NCBI GenBank assembly: GCA_040376455.1
Contig: JBEIQP010000003.1
Location: 1 to 58,330 of the forward strand
Origin: Planctomycetaceae bacterium
GTDB taxonomy: Bacteria > Planctomycetota > Planctomycetia > Pirellulales > UBA1268
Reading direction: 5' to 3'
Length of the DNA: 58,330 nt
The notes under the pieces were generated by a model. It had not been told where the DNA came from. It searched no databases and saw nothing but the letters and a program-made list of their open reading frames with translations. Each line of letters opens with the position of its first letter. Position 1 is the stretch's first letter. Position numbers and translations under genes: made by a program. Of this stretch, positions 1-9,389 are shown in pieces.

Positions 1-147
1 GACGCGTCCCCGGCAATCCAGGGCCCTTACACGCACCACCCCACGGGGCAACCACATGGGTGGCCACCGGGGGCAACGCCGCCTCCTGCGGCGGGTTTGA
101 CGCGTGTGCCGCTTGACGGGCCGCGCGCCGGGAAATCACGATACGGT

Positions 148-1266
148 ATGCCCGAGCCCCTGCCCCGCATCGTCGTCGATCTCGAGAAACTGCGACACAT
201 CAACTGCGGGCTCGGCCGCTTTTCGCTGCATCTCGCCCAGGAACTGCTCCGGATCGCGGAAGGTCGGTTCACCCCGGTGTTCTTCCTGCGGCCGGGCACG
301 GAGCGGCATTTTCCCGAGGGCGGGTTTGAAACCAACGCCGCGGCCGTCTGGAAGAAGGAAGGGCTGGCCCGGCTGCTTCGCCCTCTGGCGCGGCCTTTCC
401 TGCGCCAGCCCGACATCGCGCTCTGGCACGTCACCAACCAGGCCTCGAAGTATCTGCCGCTCGACGATCGCATCCCGATCGTGCTCACCATCCACGACCT
501 CAGCTTTCTCCACGAGGCCCCGCGGCAGGGCCGGGAAAAGGAGCTCCACCGCAAGCTGGCCGCCATCCAGCGGAAGGTGGATCGCGCCACGGCAATCGTC
601 ACCGACTCGGGATTCGTCGCCGACGACGTCCAGCGGCACCTCGCGGTCGGCAACCGGCCGGTACACGTCGTACCGCTGGGCCTCTCGCCGCCACCGCCGG
701 CGTCGTCCACGCGGCCTGCGTTCCTGCCGGATGGCGACTTCCTGCTCACGGTCGGCAACTGCCTGCCCCACAAGAACTTCCACGTCCTCCTCGATCTGCT
801 GGAGCACCTGCCCGGGGAGCGGCTGGTGATCGCCGGCAAGAAGGCGACGCCGTACGGCGACTTCCTCGGCCGCGAGGTGGCCCGCCGCGGGCTCGCGAAC
901 CGGGTCTCCCTGCCCGGCGAGGTGTCGGACGGCGACCGGCAGTGGCTCTACGAACACTGCAAGGCATTCCTTTTCCCGTCGCTCACCGAAGGCTTCGGAC
1001 TGCCCGTGCTGGAGGCGATGCAGTGCGGCCGCCCCGTCGTGCTCTCCCGCAACACGAGCCTCCCCGAGATCGCCGGCGATCTCGGCATCTATCTCGATTC
1101 GTACGATCCCGGGGCGATGGCCGCCGTCTACCGCGAGGGCATCCGGCGCTTCGCCGCGGAGCCGGATGTGGCGGCGCGGCTCCAGTGCCACGTGGCCCGC
1201 TATTCCTGGGCCGCGACCGCGTCGGGATACGCCCGGGTGTACGAGTCGGTAATCGGGGCGGTCTAG
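148..1266 (+). CDS. Glycosyltransferase family 4 (GT-B, group 1)
   Basis: Motifs LTIHDL, VGNCLPHKN and FLFPSLTEGFGLPVLEAMQCG (E-x7-E GT4 signature). ATG at 148 chosen within ORF 97..1266. Confidence 0.9.
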   Translation: MPEPLPRIVVDLEKLRHINCGLGRFSLHLAQELLRIAEGRFTPVFFLRPGTERHFPEGGFETNAAAVWKKEGLARLLRPLARPFLRQPDIALWHVTNQASKYLPLDDRIPIVLTIHDLSFLHEAPRQGREKELHRKLAAIQRKVDRATAIVTDSGFVADDVQRHLAVGNRPVHVVPLGLSPPPPASSTRPAFLPDGDFLLTVGNCLPHKNFHVLLDLLEHLPGERLVIAGKKATPYGDFLGREVARRGLANRVSLPGEVSDGDRQWLYEHCKAFLFPSLTEGFGLPVLEAMQCGRPVVLSRNTSLPEIAGDLGIYLDSYDPGAMAAVYREGIRRFAAEPDVAARLQCHVARYSWAATASGYARVYESVIGAV

Positions 1267-1394
1267 GCTTTGCCCCGCCGCCGGGCCGTTTGGCCGCGTT
1301 TCGGCAGCCGGCGGACTCCAATCGCCGCCGGCCCGGGAATCGCCTATTCTGTGGGGCCCGCGGCCTGCGGCCGCCCCGCGTGGTTCCCGAGAGC

Positions 1395-3158
1395 ATGGAG
1401 ACGCCCCTGGCAGATGACGCCCCCCAGACCGCCGCCCCCAAGCCCTCCGCCGTCGAGGTGGCCAAGTCCGCCAGCCACTACCTGCGGGGCGACATCGCCA
1501 CGGAACTCGCGGATGGGGCGCCGGGCTTCGGCAAGGGCTCGATCCAACTGCTCAAGAACCACGGCACCTACCAGCAGGACGACCGCGAGGCCCGCAAGGC
1601 GAAGGAGGGCGCCAAGAGCCAGCGCGAGATTTCGTTCATGATCCGGACCTGCGTTCCGGGGGGCAGGCTCACCGCCGACCAACTCCTCGCGGCCATCGAC
1701 CTGGGAGACGAGGTGGGCAACGGCACGATCCGCCTCACCACGCGGCAGTCGATCCAGCACCACGGCGTCGTGAAGGGGGATCTCAAGCCCTTCATGCAGC
1801 GCATCCACGACATCCAGATGAGCACCCTCGCCGCCTGCGGCGACGTCGAGCGCAACATCATGTGCTGCCCGGCGCCCATCAAGAACAACCCCGTGCGCGA
1901 CGAAATGCAGGCGACGCTCGACAAGCTCGCCAAGCACCTCGCGCCCCGCACGCGGGTCTACTACGAGATCTGGCTCACCGATCCCGACACGGGCGAGAAG
2001 ACGCTCGCGGGAGGCACCTCGGGCGACAAGGACGTGGAGCCGATTTACGGCCCGACGTACCTGCCGCGCAAGTTCAAGACCGCCTTCGCCCTCCCCGAGG
2101 ACAACTGCACCGACATCTACGCCAACGACCTCGGCTTCCTCGTCGTCCACGAGCACGGGAAGATCCTCGGCTACAACGTGCTCGCCGGCGGCGGCATGGG
2201 CGTGACGCCCAGCGCCGCGAAGACCTTTCCGGCGTTGGCGAAGCGGCTCGGCTTCGTGCCCCCCGAGGATGTGCTCGCGATCGCCGAGGCGATCGTCAAA
2301 GTCCAGCGCGACTACGGCAACCGCTCCGATCGGAAGGTGGCCCGGCTCAAGTACACGATCCACACGATGGGCCTCGAGGCCTTCCGGGCCAAGGTCGAGG
2401 AATATTTCGGCAAGCCGCTGGCTCCCTGCCATCCGGCCGACGTCCACGGGTTCGACGACCACATCGGCTGGTTCGAGCAGGGGGACGGATCCTACTTCTA
2501 CGGCTTGAACGTCGAGAATGGGCGGGTTCACGACACCGGCGACTTCCGGCTCAAGACGGCGCTGCGGCGGATCCTCCGCGACATCAAGCCGGGCGTGCGG
2601 ATCACCGCCCATCAAAGCCTGCTCTTCACCGACCTCGGCATCACCGACCGGGAGCGGATCGCCCAGATCCTCCACGACCACGGCGTGAAGACCTCGGAGG
2701 AAATCTCCACCCTGCGCCGCTGGAGCATGGCCTGCGTCGCCCTGCCCACCTGCGGCCTGGCCGTGGCCGAGAGCGAGCGCGTCCTGCCCGGGCTGATCGA
2801 TTCGCTCGAGCCGGAGGTCGCGAAACTGGGGCTCGCCCACGACGCCTTCACCGTCCGCATGACCGGCTGCCCCAACGCGTGCGCCCGCCCCTACAACTCC
2901 GACATCGGGATCGTGGGCCGCACGCTCGGCAAATACACGATCTTTCTGGGGGGCCGGCTGCTCGGCAACCGGCTCAACACCCAGTACAAGGACGTCGTGC
3001 CCTTCGAGGATCTCGCCCGCGAGCTCACCGCCGTGCTCGCGTGTTACAAGGCGGAGCGGCAGCCGGGGGAGACCGTCGGCGATTTCTGCCACCGGAAGGG
3101 CGTCGATGGGGTCCGCACCTGGGCCGACGAGTGGCTGGCCGGCGCTCGCGGCGCCTGA
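1395..3158 (+). CDS. cysI: Assimilatory sulfite reductase hemoprotein (siroheme/4Fe-4S; CysI/Sir family)
   Basis: S-HYLRG-I start, HGTYQQDDR, RLTTRQ, ACGDVERN, YLPRKFK, and cluster-ligand motifs MACVALPTCGLA and RMTGCPNACARP. Confidence 0.93.
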   Translation: METPLADDAPQTAAPKPSAVEVAKSASHYLRGDIATELADGAPGFGKGSIQLLKNHGTYQQDDREARKAKEGAKSQREISFMIRTCVPGGRLTADQLLAAIDLGDEVGNGTIRLTTRQSIQHHGVVKGDLKPFMQRIHDIQMSTLAACGDVERNIMCCPAPIKNNPVRDEMQATLDKLAKHLAPRTRVYYEIWLTDPDTGEKTLAGGTSGDKDVEPIYGPTYLPRKFKTAFALPEDNCTDIYANDLGFLVVHEHGKILGYNVLAGGGMGVTPSAAKTFPALAKRLGFVPPEDVLAIAEAIVKVQRDYGNRSDRKVARLKYTIHTMGLEAFRAKVEEYFGKPLAPCHPADVHGFDDHIGWFEQGDGSYFYGLNVENGRVHDTGDFRLKTALRRILRDIKPGVRITAHQSLLFTDLGITDRERIAQILHDHGVKTSEEISTLRRWSMACVALPTCGLAVAESERVLPGLIDSLEPEVAKLGLAHDAFTVRMTGCPNACARPYNSDIGIVGRTLGKYTIFLGGRLLGNRLNTQYKDVVPFEDLARELTAVLACYKAERQPGETVGDFCHRKGVDGVRTWADEWLAGARGA

Positions 3159-3160
3159 CG

Positions 3161-3331
3161 TCCAGCCCGGCGATCCGCCTAGGCAGGCAGGTCGTCCCAC
3201 ATCGGACGACTGCTGCACGCGAGACATCGACTTCGTGTCGATTCTCGCTTGCGGAACCGCCGTTCCGTCTCGAAAGCCGGGCCTCCAGCCCGGCGATCCA
3301 CTCTATGCAGGAAGGTCGTCCCACATCGGAC
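3161..3331. repeat. Imperfect ~47-bp direct repeat (3161-3207 and 3284-3331) duplicating the 3' end of the GNAT gene
   Basis: tccagcccggcgatccgcctaggcaggcaggtcgtcccacatcggac vs tccagcccggcgatccactctatgcaggaaggtcgtcccacatcggac. Both encode PMWDDLPA* on the minus strand. Confidence 0.9.
3219..3248. terminator. Stem-loop between convergent genes (possible terminator)
   Basis: gcgagacatcgac-ttcgt-gtcgattctcgc inverted repeat with one bulge, located between the stop codons of cysI and the GNAT gene. Confidence 0.5.
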
Positions 3332-5042
3332 ACCACAGGGGCGTCCGCGGGAAGAGTTGGGCGGCGAGCTTCTGCGCCACCTGCGTCGAGGTCTCCATGC
3401 GGCCGGCCGCCACCGCCTCGGCGGGATCGGATTGGCCCAGCAGCAGCCGCGCCAATTCGGCGTCGGAGAGCCGCAGATAACTCCGGCCGACGCGGCCGGC
3501 ATGCACCGTGGCCTGGCCGTCGGCGACGATGATGGAGCCGCGGAAGCCGGGGGCGTCGAGCCCCAGTTCGACCGTCTCGCGGACCCCGTCCGCCCGCACC
3601 CGCTCCGCCACACCCGGAGCCAGCGACGTCAGCAGTTCCAGCGGCCGAAACACCTTGGCCACGATCATCCGATCGCCGCCCTGCACCAGGCTCGCGCCGC
3701 CGGCGACGGCCTCATGCAGGGGATCGGACGCGCTCGCCTCGTAGACGATCTCCTGCCGGTCGTTCTCGATCGCCTCGGCACAGACCCGGGCGAGAATTTC
3801 CCGCTCCAGCCCGGGAAACTCGGGGTCTGCCATGATCTCCAGAACCCGATTGCCGGCCTGGATCGCATACCCCACGATCCGGGCGCTCGATTCGTGGAGC
3901 TCGTAGCGATCCTGGCCCGTGAGCGCGACGATGATCGAGTCGAAGGCGGCGCGGCTGACGAGCCACCGCGAGTAGGCCTCGTTGCGGTCGAGCGGGCCGA
4001 TGTAGCGCGACGCATTCTGCTTGTAGATGCGGAGAATGGCCGGCAGTTCGACGTGCCGCCACTGGCGCATCGTCACCGCCTCGCCCGCCCGCTGTGGGCC
4101 TTCGAGAAGCCGCGCGAGGATGTCGGTCGGCCTGCCCGGCGTGGCGGAGTCGCGACCCAGCACACTCCAACCCAGTTCGTGAAACGACGGCGCGATCCGC
4201 GTCCGCGAGAAGGCGACGACGGCGCCCGACTGCCGCATCCGCTCCTCGGCCGCCTGCACCAGCCGCTGCCCGTGCCCGGCCCCGCGACACTCCGGCAGCA
4301 CCGCGACCCGGTCAATCACCGCCCCGCGCACGCTGGCCTGCCCGATCAGCAGATCGCGAGGCACCACCTCGACGTGACCGACAATGCGGCCGGCCAGCCG
4401 AGCGACGAGCCGATTGGCGGAATCGTGTTCGGGATGATCGACGGCGGCGTGGAACTCGGCCCGCGTCGGCGCCGCCGGGAGGCCCGAGAGCAGCTGCAGG
4501 ATTTCGCTCTGATCGCCCGCCCGGGCCGGCGCCACATGACATGCCTCGAGCATCCAGGCCGGAGGGGCGAGCGACACGGCCGGCTGGTGCGGCAGGTGGA
4601 GGATGGCGGGCCGCTTTGCCAGGGGCCGCCGGCTGACCACGGTGCCGGACGGCCGGATATCGACGGTGTGGACGGTTTCCGCGGGGTCGATCCCCCGCTG
4701 CGGCTTGGCCACCGCGACGGGGGAGGGCTTGCCGCCCGCCGTCCGCCCGGAGGCGGACGCGCGAACCTTGACCGCGCCTTGCTCCGTGCCAGCGGCCAGC
4801 CGAATCGACTCGCCGCCCGCGGCCCGAGCGGCGCGAACACGCTTTTCCTTCACCTTCAGACGCGGGGGCTTGCCCGTCGCCCGCTTGACCACGGCCACTG
4901 CGCCGTCGGAAGTGCCGGCGCGAATCTTCAGGCGGGGCTTCGATCGGGGCCGCCGCGAGTCGGCGAGGCCGGAGGAACGCGGAGCCGCACGCGACGGCGA
5001 CCTCCCGCGCGAATTCGTCGGGGTACGATCTTCCCGATGCAT
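3303..5042 (-). CDS. Tandem GNAT acetyltransferase with SCP2-like C-terminus (Eis-like architecture) and basic disordered N-terminus
   Basis: AcCoA motif VAVLPECRGAGHGQRLV, a second GNAT-like domain, and SCP2-like tail LARLLLGQSDPAEAVAAGRME. AAGGAGG RBS before ATG 5042. Confidence 0.8.
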   Translation of the reverse strand: MHREDRTPTNSRGRSPSRAAPRSSGLADSRRPRSKPRLKIRAGTSDGAVAVVKRATGKPPRLKVKEKRVRAARAAGGESIRLAAGTEQGAVKVRASASGRTAGGKPSPVAVAKPQRGIDPAETVHTVDIRPSGTVVSRRPLAKRPAILHLPHQPAVSLAPPAWMLEACHVAPARAGDQSEILQLLSGLPAAPTRAEFHAAVDHPEHDSANRLVARLAGRIVGHVEVVPRDLLIGQASVRGAVIDRVAVLPECRGAGHGQRLVQAAEERMRQSGAVVAFSRTRIAPSFHELGWSVLGRDSATPGRPTDILARLLEGPQRAGEAVTMRQWRHVELPAILRIYKQNASRYIGPLDRNEAYSRWLVSRAAFDSIIVALTGQDRYELHESSARIVGYAIQAGNRVLEIMADPEFPGLEREILARVCAEAIENDRQEIVYEASASDPLHEAVAGGASLVQGGDRMIVAKVFRPLELLTSLAPGVAERVRADGVRETVELGLDAPGFRGSIIVADGQATVHAGRVGRSYLRLSDAELARLLLGQSDPAEAVAAGRMETSTQVAQKLAAQLFPRTPLWCPMWDDLPA

Positions 5043-5103
5043 GGTGCCTCCTTTCCCTGGGGCGTCACAAACCAGTCCGTTGGCGGTGAAGATATGCCGA
5101 TTG

Positions 5104-6777
5104 TCAGCCGTTTTCCAGTAGCAGGAAGCTTTTGAGCGTCTTTTCCGGGAAAAAACACCACGGATATTCCCGCGATCGGAGCACTTTCCGGGCGCGGATC
5201 GCCGCCGCAAGGGGCCCGACGCGGTCGAGCAGGTCGCGGCGCATCTGCTGGACGTGAAACGCCATGCGGTCGTTCGCGGCGCGAATCTCGCGGCAGCGGC
5301 GCCGGGCGAGCGCGGGCGTGGGAAACGTATCGATCCAGCGGCGCTTCTCGGTGATCAGCTCGCGCACCTCCTCGACCTGCGCCTCGGGCGGCACGAGGTA
5401 CCGCTCCGGGTGATACTCCAGGTCGCGGATGGCCCACTGCACGGCCGCCATGTCGGCCTCGGGCCGCTCCGCCTCAAAACCGGGGAAAACGCGGTCCACG
5501 GGCAGCCGGAGCGTGCCCGACACCACCGCGTGGCGGGGGGGGTCGCAGCCGGTCAGCGCGTGGACGATGTCGTCGGTGATCTGATCGTAGGCCGCGCCGC
5601 CGATGCCGTGCACGAAGACGTCGGCCACCAGCAGCCGCGAGACCAGCGTGGTGACGATCGCCCGCGGTCGCAGCCGCAGCGCGTGCTCCTCCATCCGCGA
5701 CAGGGCATCGACCCATTTCGACGGCGAATGCTCCGGCGTGATCGGCAACTCGACCCGGAGCGTCTCCATGTCGGAGAGCGCGAGCATGCCCGGCGTGGAG
5801 GTGCTGGCAAACACGCGGCGGCGGCGCGGATCGTCCCGCGACCAGAGCCACCAGGGCAGTTCGATCCACTCGCCCGACGCATCGTGCCGCACGGCCAGAT
5901 CGGGCATCGGCCGGCCGCGGCCCCGCACGCGGTGGGCGCGACGATGCGCGGCGAGCGCCCCGTTATATGCCTCGTGCAGCTGCCGCGCGTGGGCGAGCAG
6001 CCATCCCATAAACACCATCACCGTCGGCAGGCGAACCATCTCGCTCACGGGAAGTTCGAGCGTCTCCATGCCGAACCGCTCCTCGAGCATGTGCCTGGCC
6101 TGCGCCAGCGCCAACCCGAGCCGATGACATGCGGCCGACCGCTCCACGGCCAGCGGCCACCAGCGGCGCAGGATCGGCTGGGCCTCGAGCGGCTCCAGCA
6201 GGCGGCTCGCGCGTTCGCCAAACGTGGCGAAGCAGTCGGCATCGACGATCCCGCGCTCCTCCCAGGCCATCTCGGCCGCGGTGGCATCGAAGGCCACCTG
6301 CTCCATCCGCGCCTCCCGCGGCGAGCCCACCGGCACGCCCGCCGCCGGATGCACGCAGCGGTCGGTATCGACGACGAGGTTCACGGCCGTGCCCCCCACC
6401 TGACGCGCGTAGGCGTCGAGGGCGGCATTTTTCAGCCAGACCCCCGCGTGGAACAGGTCGGGCTGGTGCCCCCCCATGATGATCGGACGGGCGATCCAAT
6501 CGGCCACGTCGGCGGGCCGGTGGACGTCGCGATAGCTGCCGGTGTATTCGGCGGCCACGGCGAGCACCTCGCGCCGCGTGGCGGCGACGAGCTCCCAGAG
6601 CCGCATGTCGCCGATGCGGGTGTCGAAGGCCGTCCGCAGGAGGCGGTTGTTGTCAACGAGCGCCTCGATCGACGCCGCCTGGCCGGCACTGGCCGTCAGC
6701 GGCGGATCGAGCAGCCGTTCGCCCGAGGCCTCGGGTGCCTGACGAGCCGCCTTGGGAGAGCGTCGATGGGGGGGCAT
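5104..6777 (-). CDS. BshC-like protein (distant homolog of the bacillithiol cysteine-adding enzyme)
   Basis: IIMGGHQPDLFHAGVWLKN resembles BshC VTGQQ/GHQ..L.GP...K; also VNLVVDTD, LRPRA, FVHGIGGAAY, a coiled-coil region and a C-terminal SREY. Confidence 0.6.
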   Translation of the reverse strand: MPPHRRSPKAARQAPEASGERLLDPPLTASAGQAASIEALVDNNRLLRTAFDTRIGDMRLWELVAATRREVLAVAAEYTGSYRDVHRPADVADWIARPIIMGGHQPDLFHAGVWLKNAALDAYARQVGGTAVNLVVDTDRCVHPAAGVPVGSPREARMEQVAFDATAAEMAWEERGIVDADCFATFGERASRLLEPLEAQPILRRWWPLAVERSAACHRLGLALAQARHMLEERFGMETLELPVSEMVRLPTVMVFMGWLLAHARQLHEAYNGALAAHRRAHRVRGRGRPMPDLAVRHDASGEWIELPWWLWSRDDPRRRRVFASTSTPGMLALSDMETLRVELPITPEHSPSKWVDALSRMEEHALRLRPRAIVTTLVSRLLVADVFVHGIGGAAYDQITDDIVHALTGCDPPRHAVVSGTLRLPVDRVFPGFEAERPEADMAAVQWAIRDLEYHPERYLVPPEAQVEEVRELITEKRRWIDTFPTPALARRRCREIRAANDRMAFHVQQMRRDLLDRVGPLAAAIRARKVLRSREYPWCFFPEKTLKSFLLLENG

Positions 6778-6787
6778 TGCCGGAGGT

Positions 6788-7519
6788 TCAGGACGCCAAG
6801 CCTGCGGCCCCGGCGGCGACGGCCGCCTCCGCGCGATCGAGCACGCTGCGGTAATAGGCCAGACGGGTCCCCGCATCGTCCAGTGCGCCCCCAAAACTCC
6901 GCGCCAGATCGAGGTAGAGGAGCGGCACCGGCACCTCCACGATCCTCAACCCGGCGGTGGCGGCCTGCACCCAGACTTCGAGCGGCATGGCGTAGCCGGT
7001 CTCGGTGACGTGAACCGCCTCGAGGGCCCGCCGCGAGTAGGCCTTGAAGCCGCAGAACGCGTCGGTGAGCGCGAGCCCCAGGCGGGCGTTGATCTCGGCG
7101 GTGATCTCCGCGTTGATCCGCCGCCGGGCCGCGGGAGGCTGGCTGTCGCCGGGAAACCGCTTCAGGTAGCGGCTCCCACTGACGATGTCGGCGCCGGCCG
7201 CCGCCGCGACAAACTCCGGAATCAGCCGCGGCTGATGCTGGCCGTCGCAGTCGATGGTGACGAGTCCGGCCCACGGCCCCGCGAGCGTCTCACGAAACGC
7301 CGTGGCGAGCGCGGCGCCGTAGCCCGCGTTCCGGGCATGCCGCACCACCCGGATGTCGCCCCGATCCGCCACTCGGGCCGCCAGCAGGTCGGACGTCCCG
7401 TCGGTGGAGCCGTCATCGACCACCAACACGTCCGGCGTGAACCGGAGCACCTCGTCGAGCACGTCGGCGACGTGGCCGACCTCGTTGTAGACGGGCAAGG
7501 CGGTCAGAAAACGGGGCAT
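6788..7519 (-). CDS. Glycosyltransferase family 2 (DPM-synthase-like)
   Basis: LPVYNE, VVDDGSTDGT, NAGYGAAL, TIDCDGQH, DIVSGSRY, TDAFCGFKAY. Confidence 0.92.
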   Translation of the reverse strand: MPRFLTALPVYNEVGHVADVLDEVLRFTPDVLVVDDGSTDGTSDLLAARVADRGDIRVVRHARNAGYGAALATAFRETLAGPWAGLVTIDCDGQHQPRLIPEFVAAAAGADIVSGSRYLKRFPGDSQPPAARRRINAEITAEINARLGLALTDAFCGFKAYSRRALEAVHVTETGYAMPLEVWVQAATAGLRIVEVPVPLLYLDLARSFGGALDDAGTRLAYYRSVLDRAEAAVAAGAAGLAS

Positions 7520-7531
7520 GCAACCGCCTGC

Positions 7532-7675
7532 GGGGATCTGGATGTCGGAGGTCTCACACGGCAGCGGGCCACCGGGCCGCGACACCGCGATCAGGCCCGC
7601 GAGCGGGATGCTCGTCGGCCCGGAGCGGCCTGCTCGCCGATCCCCCAAGTGTAGCGCAGAAAACGGGCGGGGCAA
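7532..7675 (-). promoter_or_regulatory. Putative sigma70 promoter plus structured 5' leader of the GT2 / BshC-like / GNAT operon
   Basis: Minus strand TTGCCC-16 nt-TACACT (7675-7648), followed by nested inverted repeats: 7532-7538/7639-7645, 7560-7579/7616-7638, 7600-7604/7610-7614. Confidence 0.45.
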
Positions 7676-7688
7676 CGCGCCGGCATGG

Positions 7689-8480
7689 TCACGAAACGAA
7701 GGTGATCGGGTCGCGTTCGTCCCGGCTGGCCCAGCAGGTCAGGCCGGAAACGGCCTCCGCGAGCCGCGCGGCCAGCACCTCCATCGAAAACCGCTCGCTG
7801 GCATGGTGTCCGACGGCGATCACGGCCAGGCCGTCCGCCTCCGCCTCGAGGGCCTGGTGGAGTTTCAGTTCGCCGGTGACGAGCGTGGTGCACCCGCCCC
7901 GCCGGACGGCCGCGATGGAGTCGCCCCCGCTGCCGCACACCACACCCACGCGGCCTGCCGCGCGGGCGGCATCTCCCGTAATCTGCACGACCCGCACGCC
8001 CAGCCGCCGCGCCGCCTGTCCGGCCAAGTCCGCGACCGTCGCGCCGCCGGGTGCCGAGCCGGCGCGGCCGAACCCGGTCAGCGGCGACTCGGCATCGGGC
8101 TCGATCGGGGAGACGTGCGTCAGGCCGATCATCTCGGCCAGTTGGTCGTTGATTCCTCCGGCGGCGGAATCCCACGCCGTGTGGCTGCTCCAGACGGCCG
8201 TGCCCGCCTCGATCAGCGTGAGCAGCACCCGGCCGGTGCCGCTCGTGTTGGTGATCCGCGCGACCGGACGGAAGGGCAGCGGATGGTGCGTGACCACGAG
8301 GTCGGCCCGCTCCCGCGCCGCCTCGGCCGCCACCTCGGGCGTGAGCGTGAGGCAGGTCATCACGCGGGCGATCGACTCGCGGCGGCCGCCGACGAGCAGC
8401 CCGACCGCGTCCCACGCGGCGGCCAGCCGCAGCGGCGCGATTCTCTCCAGGGAGGCGGTGACGTCGGCGAGCGCTGCCAT
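7689..8480 (-). CDS. Nif3-like dinuclear metal-centre protein (YbgI/DUF34)
   Basis: APLRLAAAWDAVGLLVG, VTHHPLPF, SHTAWD, GGIND, VCGSGG, TGELKLH, GHHASER. Confidence 0.93.
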   Translation of the reverse strand: MAALADVTASLERIAPLRLAAAWDAVGLLVGGRRESIARVMTCLTLTPEVAAEAARERADLVVTHHPLPFRPVARITNTSGTGRVLLTLIEAGTAVWSSHTAWDSAAGGINDQLAEMIGLTHVSPIEPDAESPLTGFGRAGSAPGGATVADLAGQAARRLGVRVVQITGDAARAAGRVGVVCGSGGDSIAAVRRGGCTTLVTGELKLHQALEAEADGLAVIAVGHHASERFSMEVLAARLAEAVSGLTCWASRDERDPITFVS

Positions 8481-8541
8481 GCCGAGAGGATACTATGCTG
8501 GGGACGACGTCGCGACCCGCGTGTGGACACCCGCAACCCGT

Positions 8542-9324
8542 ATGGAACCAGACCGCCTCTCCGTGGCCGCGACGACGCTTGCCCGCGACCTGCGGACGGC
8601 GCTGGGCCGGGCCCACGACCTGGGCCTTCGCGCCGTGGAGATCGACGCGCGGGGCGGACTCGATCCGGCGCAGATGACGCAGACCGGCCTGCGGCAGATC
8701 CGCAAGTGGCTGGGCGACGCGGGGATCGTCGTTTCGGCGGTGTCGTTCCGCACGCGGGGCGGCTACGCCGATGCCGAACGGCTCGAGGGCCGGATCGCGG
8801 CGACGAAGTCGGCGCTCGAGATGGCGCACGCCCTCGGCGCGGGCGTCGTGCTCAACCACATCGGCGCGATTCCGCCAGAGTCGTCCGGCCCGCAGTGGCA
8901 GCTGCTCACCGATGTCCTGGCCGACATCGGTGCGTGGGGGCATCACGTCGGCGCCACGCTCTGCGCCGAGGCCGGACGGTCGTCGCCCGCCGACCTCGCG
9001 CGGGTGATCGCGTCGTTGCCGGAGGGAACGCTCACCTGCGATCTCGTCACCGGCGCGCTCGTCGTGCATGGCCACGATCCCGCCGCCGCGGTCGAGCAGC
9101 TCGCCCCGCACATCGCCAGCGTGCATGCCACCGACGCGATCGCGGGCCCGTTCGCGGGCCGCGGCCGGGCCGTGATCCTGGGCACCGGGCATGTCGATTT
9201 CGCGGCGGTGCTGGCGACGCTCGAGGAACGCGGCTACCGCGGGTGGATCGGGATCGAGCCGGTGGAGGAACGGGCCGCGCGGGTGGAAGTGGCCGACGCA
9301 ATCGCCTACCTGCGGGCCCTGTGA
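8542..9324 (+). CDS. Sugar phosphate isomerase/epimerase (xylose-isomerase-like TIM barrel)
   Basis: GLRAVEI, LEMAHALGA, SVHATD, LGTGHVDFAAVLATLEERGYRGWIGIE. Confidence 0.85.
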   Translation: MEPDRLSVAATTLARDLRTALGRAHDLGLRAVEIDARGGLDPAQMTQTGLRQIRKWLGDAGIVVSAVSFRTRGGYADAERLEGRIAATKSALEMAHALGAGVVLNHIGAIPPESSGPQWQLLTDVLADIGAWGHHVGATLCAEAGRSSPADLARVIASLPEGTLTCDLVTGALVVHGHDPAAAVEQLAPHIASVHATDAIAGPFAGRGRAVILGTGHVDFAAVLATLEERGYRGWIGIEPVEERAARVEVADAIAYLRAL

Positions 9325-9389
9325 CGCGGCGGCCGACCGCCGCGAATCGTTGATTGACCGCGCCCGGGAGCCGATCTACGATCTCGGAT

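Noticed and set aside
39-98. Imperfect inverted repeats and a cgccgc-ctcct-gcggcg hairpin at the window start
   Set aside because: Context truncated by the window edge and stems are short and GC-rich; cannot distinguish a terminator, REP or chance.
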